From a virus: a DNA stretch of 64,000 bases. Location of the stretch: positions 46,729-110,728 of IMG/VR virus record IMGVR_UViG_3300048892_000198. One strand, written 5' to 3'. The notes below the pieces were generated by a model that saw only the letters and a program-made list of their open reading frames with translations, did not search any database and had not been told where the DNA came from. Below, piece by piece: positions 1-9,029 of this stretch (positions within the stretch are counted from its first letter, which is position 1; each line of letters begins with the position of its first letter). Both the position numbers and the translations under genes were made by a program.

Positions 1-323
1 AGCCGAGCGGCGTCTTCTGGCATGAGCGTCGACTCGCCGCCGAGCGCTTCCTCGATCTCATCGAGCTTGGCGTCGACCTCGCCACCCCACTCGAAGTGTT
101 CCTTGTGCGCGTCGAAGGCGTACTTCGACTGGTCGGCGAGGATCGAAAACATCTCCCCCACCTCAGTCGCGAGCGCCGCTGGATCATTGAGCGCGCCCGA
201 GGTGAGCTTCTTCTTGAATGCTTCGTACGCATCGGAGGCGTCGCTCGCGAGTCCCCTGAGCAAGCTCAAGACTTCGTCGGGTTCAGTAGGAGGGGCGGTG
301 ACTGCTGCTAATTTCGGGGCCAT
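1..323 (-). CDS. hypothetical acidic helical protein (partial, runs off window)
   Basis: ATG at 323 with GGAG RBS; open frame MAPKLAAVTAPPTEPDEVLSLLRG... to the window edge; not in ORF track. Confidence 0.7.
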   Translation of the reverse strand, partial: MAPKLAAVTAPPTEPDEVLSLLRGLASDASDAYEAFKKKLTSGALNDPAALATEVGEMFSILADQSKYAFDAHKEHFEWGGEVDAKLDEIEEALGGESTLMPEDAAR

Positions 324-347
324 GTGTTCTCCGTTGTGGTGTTCGCA

Positions 348-1091
348 TTAACCGAGGATGCCGAGCGACTCGTGCTCGCGCTCGAGTGCGTCGTCGACAT
401 TGAAGCTGCCGGCGGCAACGCGCTCGTTCGCTTGCTGCACTTTGAGCGCATCGAAGTCATCCAAGATCTTCTCGGACTCGAGGTGGCGCGGACTCCGAAG
501 GCTGCAGGCGAAGATCGCCGCGTCGCCGACCGAGTAGTACTCGCCCGTCTCGGACCTCATCGCCAAGCATGAGCGCGTGAGGAAGCGGCGAGTGCGGTCC
601 GCGCTGATATCGGTCATCATGCGCAGGTAGTGCCCGCAAGCGGGGCGGATGGGCTCGACCTGCACGACGGTCGATAGCTGACCGTCGACCATTGCCTTCA
701 TGCTGCAGTGGCTGCCATACAGGAAGGTCGTGAAGTTTTCTCGGCTCTGGCCGCCTCCTACTTCTCGATCTGGGTAAGTCGCATTCACGGTCTGCATCAG
801 CCGCGCCGTCGAGACGAAATACCGCCCGTCCGGCGCGCGCTGCACCTCCGCGGGCTCGAAGCTCACATAGACCGACCCGTCGGAATTGCGGATCACGAAG
901 CTCCGCTTGTCCTCCATGCACACAAGCGTGTCGACGGCGAGCGGCGGGGGTCGGTCCTCGTTGTCAGGCGCGACCGGCACCGGGAGGCGATCGTTCGGGT
1001 CGATCCCGAAGGTGACCGGCACCTCCGACCCCTGATGGAGCTCATCATTGGGTTTGGGCGCCGTAAACTTCGAAAAGTCTTCTTCTGACAT
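348..1091 (-). CDS. hypothetical protein
   Basis: 247 aa ORF packed in the leftward operon. Confidence 0.75.
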   Translation of the reverse strand: MSEEDFSKFTAPKPNDELHQGSEVPVTFGIDPNDRLPVPVAPDNEDRPPPLAVDTLVCMEDKRSFVIRNSDGSVYVSFEPAEVQRAPDGRYFVSTARLMQTVNATYPDREVGGGQSRENFTTFLYGSHCSMKAMVDGQLSTVVQVEPIRPACGHYLRMMTDISADRTRRFLTRSCLAMRSETGEYYSVGDAAIFACSLRSPRHLESEKILDDFDALKVQQANERVAAGSFNVDDALEREHESLGILG

Positions 1092-1094
1092 TTG

Positions 1095-1655
1095 TCAAGC
1101 TCTTTCAGTTGATCCTGTCGGACCAGGAACGTCTAGCTGTACCGGCAATGTGCCGTTGCGCGCTAACACCGGGGTTACGTGCCCCTCCACGTACTGTTCG
1201 TGGGTTTCCCGGATGATACTTGGCATCTCGATGTTTACCCCGCGCTTGGCGAGCTCCTGGTGCAGGTAAGCGATCCCGCTCATCATGAGCACCTGGGCGT
1301 TACCGTGACCGATAGCCTGTTCGTCGTAGAGCTTCCAGGCTGTATCGCGCTCTTGCAGTATCCCTGCAATCGATCGGCGATGCTCTTCGGCCCGACGCGC
1401 AAAATCTTCGCGCTCCCAGGTCGTGCGCTCGAGTTGTCGGGTGAGATCTTGAACCAGCACGGCCGCATCTTCGTGCTCGGCGAGCAACGCACGGAGCTCG
1501 GAATTGATCTCGTCGGCCGCCTCAAGTGCGCGGGTGTGGCGATCATTGGAGGCCTGAAGCTCCTTGACCTCACCCCAGAACCGCCAAAACATGAGCGCCG
1601 CGCCGACTGCCATCGACGCGACAATAATCATGCCATAATGAACTGCTAGCCACAT
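1095..1655 (-). CDS. membrane-anchored coiled-coil protein
   Basis: N-terminal hydrophobic helix, then heptad-rich region. Confidence 0.7.
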   Translation of the reverse strand: MWLAVHYGMIIVASMAVGAALMFWRFWGEVKELQASNDRHTRALEAADEINSELRALLAEHEDAAVLVQDLTRQLERTTWEREDFARRAEEHRRSIAGILQERDTAWKLYDEQAIGHGNAQVLMMSGIAYLHQELAKRGVNIEMPSIIRETHEQYVEGHVTPVLARNGTLPVQLDVPGPTGSTERA

Positions 1656-1688
1656 TTGTCGATACTTCCTAGCGTTTCACGTGAAAAA

Positions 1689-1946
1689 TCAGTCGAGCGC
1701 CTGGCCGGTCAGGGCCTTTTGCTCTTCGCGAAGGATGGCCTGACAGCGATCTTCGGCATCGGGCTCGTGCTCCCAGGCCTCTGGAATGAACAGCGCCACG
1801 ACCTCGGTATCCACCTTCACCACCTCGAACGCCTCCGGCAGGTCCGAGCGCTTGATCTTGCCCACAAAGGCCATCGCAATGTCTCCGCCCATGGCGAGCG
1901 CTTTGCGCGCTGCCACCCGGAACCGCGCCTCTTCCTCGCTCGTCAC
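1689..1946 (-). CDS. hypothetical protein
   Basis: GTGA-coupled to the upstream gene. Confidence 0.65.
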   Translation of the reverse strand: MTSEEEARFRVAARKALAMGGDIAMAFVGKIKRSDLPEAFEVVKVDTEVVALFIPEAWEHEPDAEDRCQAILREEQKALTGQALD

Positions 1947-2488
1947 TGGGCCTCCCCCGAAGCCCGGTAAACGAGGCCTCCGGTCAGGGCAATGGCCACG
2001 GCCAGCACGCTTTTCTTGTCCTCGGTGTCGAGGGGCTCCGCAATGAACCGGTCACAGACCCGAAGCCAGCTTTCGCGATGGGCGGGCACGAGAACTTGTT
2101 GCATGCGGTGGTCAGTGACGGGCATCGTCGGGATCTGGAAGCGGCGAGCGAGGTGAGTAACCATCACACTCACCGCGCGCACGTGTTCGGGGGGTTCTTT
2201 TGGATTGCATGGCGGCCCAATGGCGAGCGCTGCCCAAGGCTTTTTGGCCCTCCCGAACGGCACCAGGACCCGCTCGAAGACGACCTCCAAGATCAGGTGA
2301 TGGACATACGCCTTTTTTGTGAGCTCGACCAGACCCTTGAGGAAACCTGCCTCATCGTCCCGCCCAGGGAGCTTGGGGCCAAGCAGCACGTCCTTGTCCA
2401 GGACAATGGCGGGCGCGGGCACGCGGGGAAACTCCAGCACCGCGTAGGTGAGCGCCTTGAGCCCAGGGGCGACGCCGATGACGATCAT
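1943..2488 (-). CDS. RuvC-like (RNase H fold) protein with degenerate active site
   Basis: MIVIGVAPGLKALTYAVLE resembles RuvC ILGIDPG...GYAVL; C-terminal DKKSVLAVAIAL resembles D..DALAIA; catalytic acidic residues largely replaced. Confidence 0.6.
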   Translation of the reverse strand: MIVIGVAPGLKALTYAVLEFPRVPAPAIVLDKDVLLGPKLPGRDDEAGFLKGLVELTKKAYVHHLILEVVFERVLVPFGRAKKPWAALAIGPPCNPKEPPEHVRAVSVMVTHLARRFQIPTMPVTDHRMQQVLVPAHRESWLRVCDRFIAEPLDTEDKKSVLAVAIALTGGLVYRASGEAQ

Positions 2489-2601
2489 TCAGCGCGCGGG
2501 GTCCCGGGTCATTGCTGGACCGTAAGCCTAGCGCCTGGAAACGCGAGTGGTCAACCACGAGTGGCAAAATTGTCCGATGGTAGGCCCCCACTCCCTAGCG
2601 T

Positions 2602-2778
2602 TCAAGCCGCCGCGCTCTTCATGCACCGCGCGCCGACACTGAGCAGGAAGGCCACGATGCGTTCCCCCTGGAGACAGGCCTCGCAGTATTGGTGCTCGCA
2701 GCCGCAGGGGGCCTGCACCGAGCGAAGGGCGCGAGCCGGGTGCGGCACCAGGCAGCAGTAGCAACGGGCGGTTTCCAT
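2602..2778 (-). CDS. small Cys-rich zinc-finger-like protein
   Basis: CYCC...CGCEHQYCEAC; ATG 5 nt after the sigma gene stop. Confidence 0.55.
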   Translation of the reverse strand: METARCYCCLVPHPARALRSVQAPCGCEHQYCEACLQGERIVAFLLSVGARCMKSAAA

Positions 2779-2782
2779 CCGT

Positions 2783-4000
2783 TCATTGTGGGCCAGGAAG
2801 AGGACTCTCCGCAAGGGCAAGCAATGACCGCGCGACGACCGAGCGGAGCTCGTTCACGCCGGACACCTGGAAGCGAGTGAAAATGTCATGGGTCTGCCTG
2901 CCGATGGTGCGCGGCGCCGTCGCTCGTAGAAACGAGAGCTCGGTCGTGTCGGCGCCATCGAGCAGATGACGAGCGATCTCGCCCTCCGCTCGAGTCAACC
3001 CCTCGAGCAGCCGCGGCTGCCGCGTGAATTCTATCAAGCAGGGGGAGGCAAGGTGTTCGATCGACGCTTGCACGCGCGGAGCTTGCGACAAGAGCGGGAT
3101 GATGAGCGGCACGCGCTTGGTCATGCACGCGACCCCGATCTGCGCCAAGGCGTCGGTGAGCAGGCGCGACAGGCTCGCTCGAGAGACCTGAAACTCCGCT
3201 CCAATTGCCTTGGCATGTCCGGTCGTCAGCCAGCGCTCCAGCACCAGGCGATCGCGGCCGGCGAGCGGTGTGCCCTGGTTACGACGGATCTCGATCCCGA
3301 AGACGTATTCGGTCGCGTACAGGCGACCGATGCGCCAGCTGCCCTGGCAGAGGCATTCCCAGACCGCGCCGAGCACGCGGAAATCATCCTTCACGCAATG
3401 GGGGTTGGGAGGCGGCAGAGTGGACGGGCGTGGGCGACGGATTCTCTCCGGTGATGCTTGCAGTAAGAGCGCGACGGCGCGGGCCTGCAGCTGGCTCACG
3501 CGGGGCTCGGAGATCCCGAGCTCGACTCCTATCTCGCGCTGCTTTGCGCCAGAGGCAACGCGCTGAATGATGATCTTCAAACGATCGGGCAAGCGCTCGA
3601 ATGCCGCCGCACGCTCCCGGATCTGGGCGATCGCGTCCAGGCGCTCATCGGGCGGCGTATCCCATGAGACCAAGAGCGCCTGATCCCCGAACGACAACTC
3701 ATCGAGCCTCACGACCGATGGAGCCACAGTATCTTTTGATTGAGCCCGCGAGCGCGCGCGACGCGGCAGCCAGTCCTGAGTGCGGAGCTCGTCGATCACA
3801 GCCCCCCGCACGCGCACACGCAGGTACCACTCGAAGCCTTCACGGTTTCGGTCCGCGTTGACCGCCTGCCACAGGCCGAGGAAGGCCGCTGCTTCCAGAT
3901 CTTCGTAGAGCACGTTCCGGGGGAGCTTGCGCATAAACCCCTGAGCGATTCGCTTGGCTACCGGTCGATACTGCGCGAATAACTCCTCCGCATCGGACAT
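2783..4000 (-). CDS. FliA/WhiG-like sigma70 factor fused to C-terminal LuxR-type HTH domains
   Basis: Region 2 EDLEAAAFLGLWQAV...YLRVRVRGAVIDELRTQDWLPR; region 4 QREIGVELGISEPRVSQL; C-terminal LTRAEGEIARHLLDGADTTEL...RTIGRQTHDIFTRFQVSG. Confidence 0.85.
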   Translation of the reverse strand: MSDAEELFAQYRPVAKRIAQGFMRKLPRNVLYEDLEAAAFLGLWQAVNADRNREGFEWYLRVRVRGAVIDELRTQDWLPRRARSRAQSKDTVAPSVVRLDELSFGDQALLVSWDTPPDERLDAIAQIRERAAAFERLPDRLKIIIQRVASGAKQREIGVELGISEPRVSQLQARAVALLLQASPERIRRPRPSTLPPPNPHCVKDDFRVLGAVWECLCQGSWRIGRLYATEYVFGIEIRRNQGTPLAGRDRLVLERWLTTGHAKAIGAEFQVSRASLSRLLTDALAQIGVACMTKRVPLIIPLLSQAPRVQASIEHLASPCLIEFTRQPRLLEGLTRAEGEIARHLLDGADTTELSFLRATAPRTIGRQTHDIFTRFQVSGVNELRSVVARSLLALAESPLPGPQ

Positions 4001-4006
4001 GGGGAT

Positions 4007-4300
4007 CTAAGGCGGAGGCGCCTCATCCGAGCAGGCGTCAGCGGCTTGACAAGAAGTCGCCTGCGCTTGGCAGCGTGGGTTTTCCGAAGCGTAGCCGGAG
4101 GACTCGGTGTTCTCGCAAACAGCTTCGCAGGTGGCGCCCTTCGGAGTGGGATCACCCGCGGGGCAGTGCAGGATCTGAAGGTGCGCACACATCACGATGC
4201 AGTCGCTGACCGTGCCCGCCTGGAGCGGTCCGTTGTGATTGACCGGGGGCGTGAGCGCACTCGAGCAAGACGCGAGCAAGACGACGGCGATGAATCTCAT
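4007..4300 (-). CDS. Cys-rich lipoprotein
   Basis: Lipobox-like LLASC plus several further Cys. Confidence 0.7.
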   Translation of the reverse strand: MRFIAVVLLASCSSALTPPVNHNGPLQAGTVSDCIVMCAHLQILHCPAGDPTPKGATCEAVCENTESSGYASENPRCQAQATSCQAADACSDEAPPP

Positions 4301-5055
4301 AGGAATGGCCCCACATCCACGGCCACGAAGCCGAGGCTTGACTTGACGTACCCTTCAGTGAGCCGGCAGCGGCCGTTGTCGCGCCAGTTCACGTCGTAGT
4401 GATTGAGGACCCCGAAGGTGCCGTCTGCCCCGTAGTCTTCGAGCACCATGGCGTGGCTCCCCACGATGTCGGTCGTCGGCGTGTCGATAAGAGTCGGGCC
4501 GCTGTCTTTTTCGAAGTCTCGGTTGACCTGCCAGGCCCCGATGACCGGGATCCCCTTGGAGATCGCATGGCGCACGGTGACGGCGTCCGAGCGATCGATC
4601 GAGTAGTAGCCCCGAAGCCCGCGACGATCGTAACCGTCGTGGAGCGCTGTTCCGCTCACGCGCGAGTTGATGCGCATGAGGTTGAAGGGCCAGACCTCTT
4701 CGGAGCAGAGCCCGAAGCGCGTGACGGCCGTGCCCATGGCCTCGAAACTCATCCCCGCGTCGGTGTCCTCGAGCCCCATCGACGCCCGGCCAAGCTTGTA
4801 GGGAAAGAGCCCGCTCAGATCCGGGCACTCGATGCCCTTCTTCAGGCACGCGAGACGGAAGGCCTGAGCGATCGAGAAGCCGACGCAGGCATCCGAGGCG
4901 CTCTGGTATTTCGCCTGCACGCGATCGTCGCGCACGCTGGCCGAGAGGGGGAAGGAAGGCTCGGCGCCGATGAGCGCCGAGAGCGGCCGCGTCGTCGGCG
5001 CAAACGGCGCCTCAATGAAGCCTCGACCCCTAGCCATCACCACGTCGTCGGTCAT
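4297..5055 (-). CDS. papain-like C1 family cysteine peptidase
   Basis: QSASDACVGFS (oxyanion Gln, catalytic Cys); GSHAMVL (His); VLNHYDVNWRDNG (Asn, NSWG-like); LSGLFPY motif. Confidence 0.8.
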   Translation of the reverse strand: MTDDVVMARGRGFIEAPFAPTTRPLSALIGAEPSFPLSASVRDDRVQAKYQSASDACVGFSIAQAFRLACLKKGIECPDLSGLFPYKLGRASMGLEDTDAGMSFEAMGTAVTRFGLCSEEVWPFNLMRINSRVSGTALHDGYDRRGLRGYYSIDRSDAVTVRHAISKGIPVIGAWQVNRDFEKDSGPTLIDTPTTDIVGSHAMVLEDYGADGTFGVLNHYDVNWRDNGRCRLTEGYVKSSLGFVAVDVGPFL

Positions 5056-5489
5056 GACTGAATGCGGAGCCCGATCACACGGGGAACAGGGAAAGCGTCG
5101 GCCCCGGCAGTGCCGACGCCAACGAGTCCGGCGCCTATGGGGGAGATGCCGCGCGTCTTCAGGAAAGCGGTCAGGGTCTGGTAGGCGGCCGCGAAATCGG
5201 CGAAGGCAGCGTCGTACTGCCCCTGGTCAACCTGCTTCAGATCGCTCACGGTGCGCCCACCGAGCAGGAGCGCCTGGTTGGCCGCCGCCAAGAGCTGATC
5301 GTATTCGGCACGATCGGTGGGAGAGACCGGATGCGTCACCTGATATGCATCGAACACCGACTCAATCCCATTGAGCACGAGCGACGAGTCGGTAACGGCT
5401 GATTGAATGACCGGGATCGCGCTCGAGAGCGCACTGCAACCGGTCAGCGTGAGCACGAATAGGCAGAGCGCCCCGAGCAAGGTCTTCAT
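5052..5489 (-). CDS. lipoprotein
   Basis: Signal peptide with lipobox LTGC; helical body. Confidence 0.75.
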   Translation of the reverse strand: MKTLLGALCLFVLTLTGCSALSSAIPVIQSAVTDSSLVLNGIESVFDAYQVTHPVSPTDRAEYDQLLAAANQALLLGGRTVSDLKQVDQGQYDAAFADFAAAYQTLTAFLKTRGISPIGAGLVGVGTAGADAFPVPRVIGLRIQS

Positions 5490-5497
5490 GGCCGAAG

Positions 5498-5527
5498 ATC
5501 TTAGGCTACTCCGCCTTGCTCTCGCAA
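5498..5527 (-). promoter_or_regulatory. sigma70-like promoter, probably leaderless
   Basis: TTGCGA-N18-TAAGAT, 8 nt before ATG 5489. Confidence 0.55.
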
Positions 5528-5530
5528 GTT

Positions 5531-5827
5531 TTAGTCGTCCGAGTAGCCGATGGCGGATCGCCGCGGGGGGTCAGCGCGCGCTTGAAGGCCTTGGAGCCGT
5601 AGGCGCAGGCGGAGCTCCTTGTCGATCTCATCGAGCAGCTGCGGGGGAAGTGGGAGAAGCTGCGAGTGCGGGTACCGCACGTATTTTCCCGCATCCCACA
5701 CGCCGGCAGCGATTTGACCCGTCGAGTCGTGGAGCGACACCTGCACGCCTTTGACCTTGACGTGCACGTGGATGCACTCGCCTTTGGGCAGGTGAGCGAC
5801 GGCGCGGAAGTCGAAGTCTTCGCTCAT
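5531..5827 (-). CDS. hypothetical protein
   Basis: ATGA-coupled start MSEDFDF. Confidence 0.6.
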   Translation of the reverse strand: MSEDFDFRAVAHLPKGECIHVHVKVKGVQVSLHDSTGQIAAGVWDAGKYVRYPHSQLLPLPPQLLDEIDKELRLRLRLQGLQARADPPRRSAIGYSDD

Positions 5828-6456
5828 GGCGGCATGTACTCTGGGCAGAAGAGTGACTCGATCGACAGGGTGAGCTCTCCGCATGCGCAAGAACGTCCTG
5901 GCCCCGGGAGTTGGTTCTGGGTTTCCCATGGAACCACTTGCCCGCACGTTTGGCAGACCCATTCATGCTCGATCCTCTTCTGGGAGCAGTTCTCGCAGCG
6001 GTTCTGAAAGACCTTACTCTGCTGGAAGAAGGCCCTCACTTTCGGTTCAGGGCCCTTCCAACCGTGAGCCCGGAGCACGCCTTCGATGTCGGGCGGCGTC
6101 CAGCCTTCGGGCTTCAAGATCTTTCCATCCGCTCGGCGCATCACCTTGAAGGTGCCGTCGGGTTGCAGCACGGCTTTCGCCATATTGGAGCGCTGCACCT
6201 CGTCCCAAAGCGCGTGGATTGGAAGCCCAAACTCGAGCGCTGTGCCGACCAGCACATAGATCGAGTCGATGATGCCATCGGCGACCTCGACGAGATCGCG
6301 GGCAGCGAGCCCCTCCAGGAATTCCTTCGTCTCTTCGCTGACGAGCTTCTCTCGTAAATCGACACGCTCCATTCCCGGAAACCCCGGCACCTTCAGGTCG
6401 GGCGCGTCCGTGACCTCGTGGAAGCGCGCCACGTCGTACTCCCAATCGATCGTCAT
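5824..6456 (-). CDS. MazG-like/PRA-PH nucleoside triphosphate pyrophosphohydrolase with C-terminal Zn ribbon
   Basis: LVSEETKEF...EVADGIIDSIYV...DEVQRSNMAK...RADGKILKPEGW; CENC/CQTC/CAC tail. Confidence 0.85.
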   Translation of the reverse strand: MTIDWEYDVARFHEVTDAPDLKVPGFPGMERVDLREKLVSEETKEFLEGLAARDLVEVADGIIDSIYVLVGTALEFGLPIHALWDEVQRSNMAKAVLQPDGTFKVMRRADGKILKPEGWTPPDIEGVLRAHGWKGPEPKVRAFFQQSKVFQNRCENCSQKRIEHEWVCQTCGQVVPWETQNQLPGPGRSCACGELTLSIESLFCPEYMPP

Positions 6457-6815
6457 AGCGGGATCTCCACGACGGTCCAGCCAGGCTGGCGCATCATCTC
6501 CCGCACGACCGCCTCGAAGTCCCAAAGCGCGCACCGGGCAAGGTCAGTCCTGTCTCCGTAGCTGACGCAGTGCACCCCATCTCGCACTCGGCGCGGATTT
6601 AACCTGGTCTCGATCACTTTCTCTACCTCAGGCCAGAGCGCGCCGTGCCCGAACACCTCAAGATCGGTGCCGTTCCAGCGAGCGTCCACGGTCGCGCTCG
6701 TGCGCGTCACCCTCGACATCCCACCGATCTTCGATTCTATCGTTTCGGAGGACTCCCTCGTCACGAGCACTCGAGCATGCTGCCCGAGCGTCATCGCTTT
6801 CCAATTGAGCATCAT
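6453..6815 (-). CDS. hypothetical protein
   Basis: Start MMLNWK after a GGAG RBS; coupled to the downstream gene. Confidence 0.6.
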   Translation of the reverse strand: MMLNWKAMTLGQHARVLVTRESSETIESKIGGMSRVTRTSATVDARWNGTDLEVFGHGALWPEVEKVIETRLNPRRVRDGVHCVSYGDRTDLARCALWDFEAVVREMMRQPGWTVVEIPL

Positions 6816-6828
6816 CGTCGTTGTTCTC

Positions 6829-8307
6829 CTATCGGTTGTACCACTGGTCTTCGTCATCAGGCGGCATCGGATCGACATCGACGTTGTCACCGAAGTTCTG
6901 GACTTCTTCGTACCCCGTCTCAAGCGGCCGGAAGCTGATCGTCGGTCCATGGAATCCGAGCATCACCGTGCCGGTCGCGCCGCCGCGCTGTTTGGCGATG
7001 ATGATCTCGGCTTCGTTTCCGGCGTCTTTGGCGTAGTACCCCTCGCGGTAGACAAACCACACCCAGTCGGCATCGTTTTCGATAGCGCCTGACTCACGGA
7101 GATCGGCGAGCGTCGGGCGCTTGTCGCCGGTCTTCTTCTCGGGAGCTCGGTTGGTTTGAGACAAAGCGATCACGCAGAGCGCCTCCGCCTTCGACAGGTT
7201 TTTCAGCCCCTTGGTGATGGACGATACCTCGAGCTCACGGCTCTGACTCTTGTCGCCCATCATGAGCTGCAAGTAGTCGATGGCCGCGGCGGCGAGTTTT
7301 CTGGCGAGGATCCTGCCCTGGTCGATCTCACGCTTGATCTTCCGGATGATGCTGCGGAGCTCCTGCACCGTAAGGCCAGGCTTGTCGCCGACGAGGAGCG
7401 GCTGCTTACTCAGCACATCGGCCGCATGAAAGAGCCGCTCCCAGTCTTTGCTGGTGAGGAGGTTGAGGCGCATCTTCTGAAACTCCACATTGGCTTCGAT
7501 GCACACCAAGCGAAGCGCCACTTCCTGAGCCGGCATCTCGAGCGAGTGCAGGTAGACTGCGTCCGGGAGCGAGCCGTCCTTCGGCACGCGCGTCGACCGA
7601 ATCAAGCTCGAGGTGGCCAGGCTCGACTTACCCATGCCGGGCCTCGAAGCCACGATGCCGAGGTGTCCAGGTTGGTAGCCGCCGCTCTTCTTGTCGAGCT
7701 CACTGAATCCCGTCGTGAGCCCAAGCTGGCCGCCGTTTCGGAGGGATTCAGCGAGCTCCGTGAGGGCTTGTCCGGCGATGACGCCCGCAATCGCGTACGT
7801 AGTCTCGCGCTCGGTGTGAGCGAGCTCCCAGATCTTCTGCTCGTGCTCTTCGATGAGCACGCGCGTCGGCACGCCTTGAGGCTGATAGAGACGCGCGATC
7901 GTCTCGACCGCCACCGATTGCACTTGGCGCGCTGTCCAGGCCGCGATGATGCTCCGGCAGTGCTGCTCCAGCACCCCAGGACGCGACTCGACGGGGTACT
8001 CGTCAACGAGCTGAGCCAGGTAGGGCGTGCCGCCGACTTGATCGAGTCGATTGAGCGAGCGCAGATCGCCGGCGAGGCTCACGAGATCCACGTGCTTGCC
8101 CGCCTCCACGCTGATGCGGACGATGGAGCCCCAGATGATGGTGTTGGCGCCTGCATAGAAATGCTCGGGCTCTAGTCCCGTCGAGACCGCGCGATCGATG
8201 TCGCCTTCCGTCAAGATGGCCCAGCTGATGACGTAACCTTCGGCGTCCAGATCGTTGGGCGGCACGCGCCCGGGTGCGGGCGTGCCGTGCGAAGCTGGAT
8301 CGGTCAC
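6829..8307 (-). CDS. dnaB: replicative DNA helicase
   Basis: PPNDLDAE N-domain; Walker A ASRPGMGKSS; SLEM; IDYLQL; ALSQ; DLRESGAIENDAD; IAKQRGG; GTG start overlaps the upstream stop. Confidence 0.95.
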   Translation of the reverse strand: MTDPASHGTPAPGRVPPNDLDAEGYVISWAILTEGDIDRAVSTGLEPEHFYAGANTIIWGSIVRISVEAGKHVDLVSLAGDLRSLNRLDQVGGTPYLAQLVDEYPVESRPGVLEQHCRSIIAAWTARQVQSVAVETIARLYQPQGVPTRVLIEEHEQKIWELAHTERETTYAIAGVIAGQALTELAESLRNGGQLGLTTGFSELDKKSGGYQPGHLGIVASRPGMGKSSLATSSLIRSTRVPKDGSLPDAVYLHSLEMPAQEVALRLVCIEANVEFQKMRLNLLTSKDWERLFHAADVLSKQPLLVGDKPGLTVQELRSIIRKIKREIDQGRILARKLAAAAIDYLQLMMGDKSQSRELEVSSITKGLKNLSKAEALCVIALSQTNRAPEKKTGDKRPTLADLRESGAIENDADWVWFVYREGYYAKDAGNEAEIIIAKQRGGATGTVMLGFHGPTISFRPLETGYEEVQNFGDNVDVDPMPPDDEDQWYNR

Positions 8308-8747
8308 TTGAAGCGGCGCTCTCGCTGAAAGAAGTCGCACAAGATCCGGTCGACCTCATCCTCCACGCTGGAGCCGTAGATCCCTTGCCGCACGCGATGC
8401 TCGATGAGCCCAATGAGCTCCGAACGCACTTGCACGGGTCTGCCAGATTTGCGCATGCCCTGGAGCTCGGCGACGAGCCCATCGACGACTCGCCCGTATT
8501 CTTTGTCCTCAATGGACAGGCGCGTCATCTTTTTGCAGGCGCTCAAGATCGTCGTGTGGTCTTTTCGATGAAAGGCCTCAGCGATCTGAGCGTATGAAAA
8601 ATGACCCACCAGTCGCGCGACATACATGGCCGTGTGACGCGCCACCACGTGCGAGGTCACGCGGCGCGGACTCGTGAGCGAGGCGGGGTCGGCGGAGTAA
8701 TGCCGAGCTACCGCTTCGATGACCGCGGTGAGGAGTGGCTCTGTCAC
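8304..8747 (-). CDS. DnaA C-terminal (domain IV) HTH protein
   Basis: ARHTAMYVAR...SYAQIAEAFHRKDHTTILSACKK matches the Bac_DnaA_C signature. Confidence 0.9.
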   Translation of the reverse strand: MTEPLLTAVIEAVARHYSADPASLTSPRRVTSHVVARHTAMYVARLVGHFSYAQIAEAFHRKDHTTILSACKKMTRLSIEDKEYGRVVDGLVAELQGMRKSGRPVQVRSELIGLIEHRVRQGIYGSSVEDEVDRILCDFFQRERRFK

Positions 8748-8750
8748 TCG

Positions 8751-9029
8751 TTACCGGAGGCGCAGTCCGTGAGGGGTGCTCTTGATCTTCTCGTAGAAGT
8801 TAGGCGAGCAGGTCATCTGCACCGGATCACCGATGGGCTCTTCGCGCTCGCCTTCCATGTCGGTCGACAGACGGGAAGCAACATCACCCACCATCTGTAG
8901 CCGGTCCGCATCGGTCAGGTGGTAGGACGATCCCGCGTTGTACTTGCGACCGTCGGGCAACACGACGATCCAGAGCTGTTTTACGATGAGGGGCTGGGTC
9001 ATGATCTTGGGGGCACCTTTTTGTTTCAT
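8751..9029 (-). CDS. hypothetical protein
   Basis: ATGA-coupled ORF. Confidence 0.6.
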   Translation of the reverse strand: MKQKGAPKIMTQPLIVKQLWIVVLPDGRKYNAGSSYHLTDADRLQMVGDVASRLSTDMEGEREEPIGDPVQMTCSPNFYEKIKSTPHGLRLR

